From contig NIVC01003470.1 in assembly GCA_002269645.1 (NCBI GenBank), positions 32,259 through 96,258 on the forward strand: 64,000 bases of DNA, in the 5' to 3' direction. Positions 22,045 to 32,879 of this stretch are shown in pieces (the stretch's first letter is position 1; each line of letters begins with the position of its first letter). This DNA is from Macrostomum lignano (Eukaryota). The notes under the pieces are model-generated. The model was not told the DNA's origin. It was given only the letters and a program-made list of their open reading frames with translations, and did not search any database. Both the position numbers and the translations under genes were made by a program.

Positions 22045-23377
22045 AAACAGAAGAGAAGATAGAAGTTTCAAAGGATCCAAGGGATGTAGGGAGAGTCAGA
22101 GGCAGAGGCCAGAGTTTGCCAATACATGTTTTAGAGTCAGACAGACATTAATTGCCTATTTAAAGTAAAAAACACCCTAGCCAACAATATCAATGTTTGC
22201 CTCAAATCCTTATTTTATGCGAATGTACTCCATTTTGTTTACCTCTATCCTACTAACTATTAACCAGTTTTTGTTTGAGCATGGGCTCAGATTTCAGAAT
22301 GACAGAATACATGCAAAAATTTGGAATTCCCCAGGTTCAAATTCCACGGGTTTCAACAGCTTGTATGTTATATATAATAGTAGATCATCTATTAAAAATG
22401 ACAACAGAGGTCCCTAACATAAAATATTTTATCCCCAATTTACTAGATTGACTATTTGATACATATAGACTTTAGGGCCAATCAATTTTCATTGCTTGTC
22501 TGCTAGTAAAAGACTATTCGCACATGTAGTCAATGCATTATAGTGGGTGTTATAAATATATCATTTTTGCATTACATTTCAATTGGAATGAATGGAAAGC
22601 ATTTTTGCACTGCATTGGATATATTTTATATACTATATTATATACATTTAAATATACCTTAAAGAACATCTATTTTTATTTTTCATTCTAATAATGAACA
22701 TCTTGGAAATGATTACCACCTTTAGAATTATATTCATCTTCACTTATCTTGCTTATTTTCCCATCTTTAAAAACAGACTTATTCTGTTGTTTATAAACAA
22801 CAGACAGTCTGTGCATGCACCTAACAACAAGTTCCAAAGTAAAATAGCCTTTGTGCTTCTTCTGGTATTCCATGGGTTGCAAACCAGAGATATTTCCAAA
22901 TATATGTTGGATTTGGTTCCAGATGAAACCAGAGATATGAAATGTGTTTGTCCAGTTTATAGACAAAATTTTCAAATTTTCTCCAGCTTTTAAATGTCAG
23001 AAATATTTTAGACCCCAGGTGAAAACCAGAATTTCAGCCAGATAAATTGCCAGACCATAGGGGCCAAAATTCAGGTTAGGCAGGTTAAGAAATGCATTTA
23101 GGGGGATAGGTTAGCTACACAAAGAAACAGAAGGGTAGAGTGAGAATAAGAGGCTAAAGAGAGACAAAGTAAGGACCAATCAAAGTGAAGAAAAGGGTGA
23201 AAAAGAAAAGGCTAGATTGAATTGCATAAGAGAGTAAACAATGAAGTGTACAAAATGATCTGAAAGAAAGCAGATATTTTCATAGTTTTGCCTGAATAAA
23301 AATAAATACTTCTAGAATTGAAACAAAGCAAACTGCTGGCAAATTTAATTAAAAAAATAAGCTTGCAACTACCATAA

Positions 23378-23546
23378 CATGCTTGGGTGCAACCTAGGAA
23401 TTCACCGGCCATTTCTATTGGCAATAGACACATGTAAGTCATTATTGGATGGAATAGTAGTCACGTGACTTCTTGTAGCCAATAGTGACTTACATGTGTG
23501 TTGCCAATAGAAATGGCCAAGTGATTCCCAAGGTTGCGCATGTATG
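23378..23546. mobile_element. Fully palindromic MITE with ends related to the 21747 element
   Basis: Arms pair across 23407-23518 around central AGTCACGTGACT; right end GGTTGCGCATGTATG; flanks TACCATAA/TACCATCA (7/8 TSD). Confidence 0.72.
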
Positions 23547-25005
23547 TACCATCACTAAAGCAAAATCAATTGCTTTCCTACTATAAGAAACGTTGATAGG
23601 CAAAAGCATTGACATTTTATATTTGTATACAAATTGCAAATTATAATATATAGCTTTATTTACAACCCAGTAGGGGGCGACCCAGTCCCAGGGCCCGGGC
23701 CCGACCCTAAAAAAGTCGGGAAATTGGGACAAGTCTTTTTTCCCTAAATCAGGATCAGGACAGCACAAGCACAACACTCAGTTAAGCATCAAATCAGCAC
23801 TCAAGACTCAAGCACTGCACGACTGCAGTAACAGTAATAGATGATATGATGTGAAGTAGCAATATCATTGATTCATAGTAGGCTCTTAGCGTGAGCGTTC
23901 GTGAGCATCAGCCACAGCCAGTTTCCACTTTCCAGAAAGATCGGATTTTTTTCCAGGAAGATAAAATTTAAACATAGTTTTGCAATACTTTTTTGCAATT
24001 TTGATTCCACTATACATGCTGTAGGCTGCAGCCTAAAAGCAAAAATATGATTCTTTAAAAAGTTGATTTGTCATTTTTAAGCTTTTGTAAATAAAATTTC
24101 CTATTTAAATTCCAAGAAGTACCTACCAAGGACCAAGACTACCATTTTTCCAAGAAGTTTGCTATCTATCAGAGTTTGTAATTGTGTTTGTATTTGTATC
24201 ATAGTTGTAGTCATAGACTCATAGTATCGTATTTATAATCATATTCATATAGGTAGGTAGGTGAACAGGTAGGCAGGTATCAGCTAATTACTTGTATTTC
24301 CAGTCTGTTTGCCTGTTCTGTTGAGTGTTGTATAACTTGTTGTGTTGTCACTTCACTTGTGTTCTGTTCTGTTGTCTTGTCTTGTTGTCATACTGAATAC
24401 TGACTGTGTACATGGCTCTTTACATTGAAGCTATGTAAAGGAACTAAAAATTCAAATAAAAGAACCAATTGATTTGGTTCTTACTTCCTTACTGCTTCCA
24501 ATGCCAAGTGCCTTACACTTAATGCTTCAGCTTTTCTTCTTTTTGCTTACTGCCACTGCCAGTGCCAGTGCCAGCTGCACTGCTGCAGTGCCTGCTTGCC
24601 TACCTCACTGCCTGTCACTATCACTGGCACACACACACACACACATAGTAATTGTGCCACACAGTGACATTGAATTTGAACTATTGAGTATATTGATATT
24701 TGAGTATTAAGTCTTGTCTATTCATAAGTCTTAATTAATGTATTAAATAATAATAATATTTATTATATTTAATATATTATATTATATTTAATATGTTTAT
24801 ATATTATAATATATTTGAATTTATTATATATATATTACATATTGCATATGCAAAAAGTTGCTAAGAAGCTTCTTACTTAATACTTATGCAACGAGTAGCT
24901 ACTTTTGACTATAGTTTGGAATATACTTCCTATCCATTAAGCAATACTTCCTGTGTATTGATATTTGCTTTTCTTTAGCTTGTCTCTGCACCTTTCTGCT
25001 TGTCA

Positions 25006-25397
25006 ATGTATCATCAACAGTCTCAGCAGTTTTTTGCACCTGGTACGTCCACTGGAGCTGGCATCTCAGCTGTTAGTGGTCCAATGGATGCAGCGGCACA
25101 GTTCTTTTCTGGACAGCACTCGCCATCCCAGTCGACAGGCCAGCTAGGTAATGTGCCTGCAATCGGAGAGTACTTTATGTACAACTGGGTAGTCATGGAT
25201 GGGACTAATCAGGCAGTAACCGGCGTTCATTTCGACAAGTACGAGGACTTGCTGTGGTGTGTTAACTGCGGCGGCCATCTTACAGGTTACTATGGACCGC
25301 AGCTCAGCAAGTATGTGTCGCTTCACGTCCAGAAAGATTTGCGACAGGTGTGTGCTGCTAGTCCTCTTGCTGAGGCTGGCGTCTTCACAATGGCAAA
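25006..25397 (+). CDS. PAN2: PAN2-like exon 1 (WD40)
   Basis: HFDKYEDLLWCVNCGGHLTGYYGPQLSKY matches the PAN2 N-terminus (EELLW..GGH..F.GP.L.RY); GT donor at 25398. Confidence 0.88.
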
Positions 25398-26005
25398 GTG
25401 AGAACTCTTTTGAAGTATATGTCATCTGATAAATTGCTGTATAATGTAGTTAGTAAGTTTGCACGTCTAGTTTAAAACGTGCTTGATTTAAGGAACTTAA
25501 GGAGCATATCAGCTACCAATTCAGTTGGTAACTATGTTAAGTAATGTCAAAAATATTAAACTTAACTTGAAGTGCCGTTTTTCATATAGCCAGATGTCAT
25601 TAAGTTGTCACTATGGTCACTAAGCATCTTTAATTATTAATTTGAATATGTTTTTGCTTATTAACACTAGCGACTACTGATACGTTCGTGCTCAAGCTTA
25701 ATAAGCTCAGGCAATTTTTTGTTGCATAGTACATTCTTTGCGTCTCATAAAACCCTAAGAAAAAGGACTTGCAGTTATAAGAATTATATTAAGTCCCTGT
25801 TAGGACTAACGGATAACTCACGGTAGACAAGAAGTCATAAGCTACTATTGCAGTTTTTATACTTCGTATCGGTGTAGTGAGTGGGGAGCAGTGGAAAACA
25901 CGCTAAGGGTAGAGTATGACGAATGAAATTCCTGACTAGAAAAATTCAGAGGGCAGAGAGCTTGGGAATTCTATCGAATATTCTATATATATTGACATCC
26001 TGCAG

Positions 26006-26417
26006 ATCAGGAGTCGCCTGTTACTCAAAGTTTGGACAGCGTCGTTGGTCATATTCATGTCCTGGAATGACCGTTGATTTAGCAGCCATGATTCACGACC
26101 CAGAGGCCGGGCGGCTGACCTTAGGTGGCCGGCAGGATCGTGTGTTGCAGTTGGATACTGGCACTGGCCGCTTAGTTAAGTGTGTCGACATGGGACCAGA
26201 TGGTTGCGAATTTCTAAGGCACAATGGTCGATTTATCTGCGCTGCGAGTGCCAAGGGCACAGTTACTCTACTGGATAGAGGAACGGGACGAAAAGAGCAC
26301 AGCCTCAGCACAGTTACCGGGCAGCTTGCTGATGTAGCAGTGCAGGATAGCCTGCTGGTCACTTGCGGCTGGTCAGTACGGCATGATGGAAATGTTATAC
26401 CTGATCGCCTTCTGCAG
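26006..26417 (+). CDS. PAN2: PAN2-like exon 2 (WD40)
   Basis: GGRQDRVLQLD..GTVTLLD..LLVTCGWS..DRLLQ; AG/GT boundaries in phase. Confidence 0.88.
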
Positions 26418-26508
26418 GTAAAGTGCACTGTAGTCCTAAAATAAGAGCCGATACAACTGCTCACATATCCTTGTCATTTTTAAGGCTAGTTATTACTTTT
26501 TGCTCTAG

Positions 26509-26894
26509 GCCTTTGATCTGCGAGTTTTGCGCCCAGTTCAGCCGTTCTGTGTCCAACTGGATCCACACTTTGTCCGCTTCCTACCGGCAATGCATGACCG
26601 ACTGTTAGTTGGCAATTCGCTTGGCGAATTCCAGTTCCTTCAACTGGGTCAGTCTATGCCATCATCGCCTGTCTACCAACTGGGAGTTGGTGCTACTGAT
26701 ATAGATATTAGTGCTAGCTCACGGTGCATCGCTGTCGGCGACGGGGCCGGGGGTGTCTACCTGCTGAGCGCCGACACTGCTGACGTCATCGGACCGCGTT
26801 TTAATGTCTCTCCGTTGCCGACTGTATTTCCAGACGATCCGGTTTATTCTCCTAATCCTATTGCACTTGGCAACGAGTCTTTTTTCTTCACAAG
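26509..26894 (+). CDS. PAN2: PAN2-like exon 3 (end of WD40)
   Basis: AFDLRVLRPVQPF..DPHFVRFLP..DISASSRCIAVGDGAGGVYL..PRFN; in phase. Confidence 0.88.
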
Positions 26895-27346
26895 GTCAGT
26901 ATATAGCAATGTTTAAACGGATATTTTTTTCTATTTGCTCACAATAAGCCTTCTTGATACTGTATCAAAATTTGTAATGCTAGTACGCTAGTATAACTGA
27001 TAAATTTACATCTCAGTTACTATGATTCGGCATAACAGATAATAGTATTCTTTTGTAATAAAAAACTACGAATAAAATTTGCCTGTCCTTTTTTATCAAC
27101 AGGGTGCTCGCACTATTGATTAGGCTAGATTTGCAGCAATAAATTGTACTTCCTGCTATTACTGCATCCTGAGGCGAGTGCTTGCACTTCTCACCATTGG
27201 TATCTGGTATAGTTTTTGCAGCAAGTCAAAGATGCTTGCAGCAGCCAAAGCACCAATTCGTAAATTAAATCTGTAGAGTTCCTGACGAAAGGATTTCTGT
27301 TTACATAATTTTTCCTAATGTTGGCTGTATTTTCTTAATTTCACAG

Positions 27347-27704
27347 CATGCCATTTGGATACCCGAAAGAGTCCGATGCCAGCTCCGCCGGATCTGGGTA
27401 TCGGTGCGCCCTTACCAGCGATTGGGCGCCTCGCCTCTGCCATTCATACGAGAGACGGGTGAAGCTCATTGATGAGGCAATTATTAGTGGCGCTTCTACA
27501 ACCCGTGGCCTTGCCATAGCCCGCAAGCCCGCTGGCTGGGGCAGGACCCACTTTCCTTACTACAGTCTGACAGAGCTTTCTGAGTTGGTCGAGCAGTCAG
27601 CAGCTAAATGCCAGTCGCTGAACAATGCCTGTGACATCACCTCAGGTTCTGCAAGTATTGCGGAGAAGGTCTCCACATTGGAAGCTGATGTTGGAAAAAA
27701 TTGA
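27347..27704 (+). CDS. PAN2: PAN2-like exon 4 (PAN3-binding linker) ending in a stop codon
   Basis: LTSDWAP..IDEAII..G..IARKP..RTHFPY resembles the PAN2 linker (LSDWP..VDAEIL..GFIGYAPNP..RNQIPY); exons total 1548 nt = 515 aa + stop. Confidence 0.8.
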
Positions 27705-28753
27705 TATTCCGAGTTTGATATTAAACTAAATAGTCAATTAAAACTTTAGCTCCTGCTATCTTAGATGATTTTAAACTTCGAAAGTATCCCAGTTTTTTTG
27801 AAGACAGGAATGTTTAGTCATATAGTCTGGTTTCCTACCAATCTCTAATGCCACTCTTGAATCACGCGAATATCACATCTTGCTTGGTGTCTTATTCTTT
27901 TTGTGCAGACCAAAGGCTTGCAACATTCAAGCGAAACACTGCGCTGTGGCAATAGCAAAAGCCAGTTTTTCAATCTAGTCTTACTGATTTCAAAATAACT
28001 TGGCATCTCGAGTCCATCTTGGGATGGCCTCGTCTCATTTATTGTACCACAGGAAGGCTAAGAGAAAACGTTATTCGATGTTGCGTTAATGCACGTTATT
28101 GCTGTCAATATATACCGTACTACGACCCGGTAGCATATGGGTGGATATCGTCTATGGCAACTCAGCCCATGAAATCTTGTTAGTGAACCGCTTTGCTGTC
28201 TGCCAAGCTTGTTTGACTGCACCCGTACTTGTCATTATTGCTTCAAAGGTGCTCCAAAAATGAGCAAAATGACAAAATGTTCCTGTCGATCCGTTTTCAC
28301 CCTTTTTCAAAATTTTGTTTCATTTTCTGTTGTAGTTTAAATAAACCTAATGCATTACTCTTCTTCAACAGATGTTACTTTATGCAGCTACTTATTTGCC
28401 TTTGTCTGTATTGCATAGAATTGGCTTTGGCGCAAACGTATCAAAAACTTGCATGCACGTCTATAAAAAGTTAGCAATGTGTGCGGCTTAATTTTCAAAA
28501 TGAAGGTAGCGAAAAACGGCCGGGCGTTGAAATATTCCGTTTGTTGGAGCCTGGCCGGTCATTGTAGCCGCTTTGCCTGCAAGCTCATTTCGGCCAATCG
28601 CTCACTTCGCCGCCCAATACAAGCGTATAGCTCATAACTCGTAACTGTCATTCACTTTTCCACTCATTTCAGAGGTTAATTTGGCAGATTTTTTCACAAG
28701 CACAGTGCAAGTACTGGCTATTTCTATTACATTAATTGCATTTCCCATCCCGC

Positions 28754-29168
28754 GGGGGGGGCGTAGCTTAGTTGTCTAGCGTGGCGCTTTTATGTACCAG
28801 CGGCTCAGTCTCGATTTACAGTGGTCACATTAATTTAGGGCTAAATTGGAATCTTGATTGGCTCTGCTCGTGCAATTAACGCCTTTGAAGGCCAATCCCA
28901 AGGTACAGTGACTGCTACAGTACCTCCCCAAAGATAATAAAGTTGCCCGCTGTGCACTCCTGTGTGTGTGCCTGTATGTATGACTACGTATCCGAGCGCT
29001 TGTGTGCCTGCTCGGGCGAGTCGGCAGAAAAAGCAGTAATGCCTCAATGTGTGACAATGCGCTGAGCCCGAGCTCTTACTCCTGAGTTTTTGCTCACTTT
29101 ATTCATACGGCCCATGTCTCCTAAGAGCGCCAGAGTGCGCAAACCCTTCTACCTCTAATCTTGAGAAA
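28754..29168 (+). mobile_element. tRNA-head SINE
   Basis: Colinear with 46466-46836; degenerate A/B boxes; TSD TTCCCATCC(C/T)GC at 28742-28753 and 29169-29180. Confidence 0.8.
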
Positions 29169-29536
29169 TTCCCATCCTGCATGTTTCGCTACAGGTAGAA
29201 AAACAGGATTTTGAGCACACTTTTCGATAAACTACTTAACTTTTGCATCTAGCACATTAGGTTGTATTGTTTATAATGTAATTTGTCTATTATACCTGGT
29301 CGAGAATTGTTTAAACTTCGAAACCTTGAAGCTCTATTCAAAAACCGAAACTCAAGTTTCCACAGTGCTATTCTAGTCTTGAATTTGCATTATTTTTGGG
29401 TACGCATCATAGTGGTCTCTTAGTTGGGAATTTGTTTCCTTATCCAAGAAAGAAAAGAAAGTATAGTTAAAACATCCTTTACATTACTAAATGCTTGGTA
29501 ATATTCTGAATTTTCCAGCACTTTCTGGCCTTTAAA

Positions 29537-29625
29537 ATGTCTGCTGAACAAGAGGCTCGATTGCAACGGATCAAGTCGGCCTTAGTAGACTATCCGGACT
29601 TTCCAAAACCTGGCATTGTCTTCAA
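29537..29625 (+). CDS. APRT: Adenine phosphoribosyltransferase exon 1
   Basis: MSAEQEARLQRIKSALVDYPDFPKPGIVF; GTGAGT donor. Confidence 0.92.
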
Positions 29626-30134
29626 GTGAGTCTTGATACTAAATCCCTTTATTTTTCGATCGTCGATCGCGCTGGTATCATTGCGTCTTCTTGTGACGAG
29701 TAATTCTGATATGCTGGTTGTCTTACCACGAGACATCTTCAGGGTTCGTTTAACTTCCAAGCAGTGGAGCTGAGCATCAACTCAGTTGTGAGAAGTCCTT
29801 GAGTGTATCTTCCGTTGTCGTTCTTTGTGAACATTGACTAATTTGACTATTGATTTTGATTAAACTGGACTAGGTTGAACTGACCTTAGAGCTTGTGTTT
29901 TTGATAATAAATAATTCTATTGTATTTAATATATCTGGTTGTGTTTGTGATAAATGAGCCGTAAAGATGTCGAAACGCGTGACGTGTGACAACAAAATGC
30001 GTTGACTTTTACAATTAGCTAGTCTGTGTTTAAAATTCCTTTCTTTTTCTTTCTTCTTACAACGAGCAACCCTTGCACAATCTTACCATGACGAACCGCA
30101 ACTACTGCAAGTGAATAAACCTGATTTCATAATA

Positions 30135-30363
30135 AGATTTTCCCGGCATTATTTGCGTTCTCCGGGATTTCATTTGGCAACATTCAATAATATCCCGTAA
30201 AATATTGTCTATGTTTTATCAGGCCCTCGTGATTTATACAAATAGCTCCCTCAAAAGGCATGTGTAATCTCGTATAAACCATAGACATAAAGACTTTACG
30301 GGATATTATTGAATATTACCAAATAAAATCCCGGAGAACGCAAATATTGTCACGGAAAGTCTT
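30135..30363. mobile_element. Foldback/MITE in APRT intron 1
   Basis: ~85-bp inverted arms (atttgcgttctccgggattt..taatatcccgtaaa and its reverse complement). Confidence 0.75.
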
Positions 30364-30442
30364 TATTTCTATGGATTATAAGCAAGTAATAGATTGTATC
30401 CAGGAATTGCCAATTTTTTATTACCTTCAAACAAATTTGTAG

Positions 30443-30515
30443 AGATATTATGGGAATTCTGGCATCGCCGTCTATCTTTGCTGATACAATCGATTCTATG
30501 GTCGATATTGCCAAG
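30443..30515 (+). CDS. APRT: APRT exon 2
   Basis: (K)DIMGILASPSIFADTIDSMVDIAK; AG/GT in phase with exons 1 and 3. Confidence 0.85.
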
Positions 30516-31022
30516 GTACATGCTTACTTCTATTTTTCCTCGATATTTTCCACTATCATTGTAATTCTTACGCTCCTATGACACTGATTAAAGTAGCTCT
30601 AAAAATTGCTTGATCTAAGACTGACTAGGCGTACGTATGGGCGGCATGTAGAAGACTTTCATTAATATAACAGTCACTGTCAGCTTATACGCTCGTGCTG
30701 TGGAACGTTTAAAGAATTGCTTGGCTGCCAAGTAATTTTGATGCAAATCAGCTTTCGCGCATAAAATGAGCCATCGAATCACGTAAAGGATGTACAAAAT
30801 TGGCAAAAGGATGTGATTACACAATATTGGCTTCATTTGATTTCGATCTTCAGACTATGAGGGTTATTCCAGAAGTCCTCAGTATTTGTTTGTAGCATGT
30901 GGTGCCACTAATCACAGAGCGATCAAAATCGAGTGCAGGTTTTCCAAATAATTGAAAGATCTAGAAACTGCTCATTTTTATCTTGTTGATAATTGATTCC
31001 CATACTGCTTCCTGAGTTGCAG

Positions 31023-31415
31023 GGCTTGCCTCAGGTGGATCTTGTCGTTGGTCTAGAGTCGCGCGGCTTTTTGTTTGGACCCTGCATTGCCCAGCGCCTT
31101 GGTGTCGGCTTCGCACCGATCCGTAAGGCTGGAAAACTACCCGGTCGAGTTGAATCTGAGAGCTATACCAAGGAGTACGGGCAGGATCGCTTCGAAATCC
31201 AGGCGAATGCAGTTCCACCCGGTGCCCAAGTCATGCTGGTTGACGACCTAGTAGCTCTAGGCGGCACCATGGCTGCTGCTGTTCGCCTTATCCAGCGGGT
31301 TGGTGGCAATGTCACTGGCTGCTTGGTCGTGGTTGAACTCTCTTTTCTTAACGGCCGCGCTCGACTACCCGAGGGAACGCTGCTTAAGTCGTTAGTTTGC
31401 ATCGACTCAGAATAG
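31023..31415 (+). CDS. APRT: APRT exon 3
   Basis: VVGLESRGFLFG, IRKAGKLPG, YTKEYG, PRPP loop VDDLVALGGT, VVVEL..LNGR. Confidence 0.95.
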   Translation, partial: GLPQVDLVVGLESRGFLFGPCIAQRLGVGFAPIRKAGKLPGRVESESYTKEYGQDRFEIQANAVPPGAQVMLVDDLVALGGTMAAAVRLIQRVGGNVTGCLVVVELSFLNGRARLPEGTLLKSLVCIDSE

Positions 31416-32535
31416 ACTGTAAGCTTGTCTCTTTCCAAGCATTATTAAAGTTCAAATCTGAATTTTCTATGTTTAATTGAAACTTTTCTCTGTTAGCTTG
31501 ACCATGTTCTTTGTGCTAATTCTGTTAACTAGAAACAAAACCGACAATTTTTACTATGTACGAGCGTAGCTACTATACAATTTTTAATTCACGATCAATG
31601 TGTTATTATTTAGATGAGTAGTACGTTTTGTTAAAGCTTTTTATTTGCTGGCTTTTCCAAATATTGTGCAACCATCTTTTAGTCGTGGTTTAGTGAGACC
31701 ACCAAAACGGATGAGCAAAACTGAAACAATCATATTTGTTTGCCAACGAAGCGCTTGCTAGTGTAAGGCTAAGGCTAAAATCCTTACAATATACCATTTC
31801 GGTTTCGATAAATTCCTTTTACTACCCGTAGCTAAGGCAGTCGTAGTGACTTCTTTAGCTTCTGCTAACTCATAAATACAGACCACCGTGGAGAAGCTTG
31901 TAGGTTTGAACTTTTCTTTTTACCTGAATAACAATGCATGGTTTGAGCCCAATACAAAGGCTGAATAGCAATAGCAACCCATTCAGCCATGAATGGTGAT
32001 TTTAGTCGTGTCTTAGTCGCCTATCCAGGCTCTGTACAAAACATTAAATGCAACAAGAAATAGCTAGATTGCAAAAGTCGTTAGGACATCGTGCAACTGT
32101 CTTCGAGTCTTGTATGTTCTATATTAGCTGCAGCTTTTGCCATAGACAAACGACTAAGGAATATTTAGTAGCCAATTAAATCAATGCGAACTGAGGCTTC
32201 TGGGGGGTGGCTAAAATTGAAGACAGACAAGCAATCAATGGTTTTATTGATCCATGTTTTTCAGCTATTCGCGGCCACAATAAATGAAAAAAGCGAGGAA
32301 TAACATACTTATTCGGATTCGTTTTTTCACTTGAATCCTTAGACAATGGATAAATGGTATATATTCCCCATGTATCCCCCTTTTGCCCCGGGCGAGTGTC
32401 TATGTGACGCATGTTTTCATTTATTTCCCTAGGTGAATAAATCATTTATTTCCCGCTGCCCCGCGGGCTGATAAATTCGAGACAACAACCATAGACAACG
32501 AACGGGGGATACATATCATATTCCCCACTCATTTA

Positions 32536-32734
32536 GCTGTCTAGGGCCAAAAGCACTCGGTGTCTCGATCATTGACCTCGGCTTCGTCTCGGTCAATAAA
32601 CGAGACACCTCTTGCTTTTGCCCGCTAGACAACAAAATAAATAATCAGCGGTCCCAGTGCGTGACAACGATTGTCTGGCGAGCGGTAGGCGCGAGCCATA
32701 GACAAATCGTTGTCACGTGCTGCGACCGCTGATT
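32536..32734. repeat. Two adjacent long imperfect hairpins, probably part of a non-autonomous element
   Basis: Arms pair across 32536-32633 and across 32643-32734. Confidence 0.7.
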
Positions 32735-32879
32735 CTTTGCATTGTTTTTCTATTTGACGATCCTGCAGACAATGTATTGCTTGTAGTAATGGATTGTTCT
32801 ACATTAAAAATGTGAATAATGATCGTCAAATTGCTAGACAATGATCTCAATATAGTTGGTTTTTGCATTACTGGTGACG

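Noticed and set aside
27900-28700. Possible downstream PAN2 UCH exons
   Set aside because: Manual translation of the parts tested gave no resemblance to the expected YN.T...GLE..IPN.YCN motif
29950-30000. Penelope-type hammerhead ribozyme in APRT intron 1 (..gtcGAAAcgcg..)
   Set aside because: The CTGANGA core is missing and the cleavage triplet would be GTG; at most a decayed remnant
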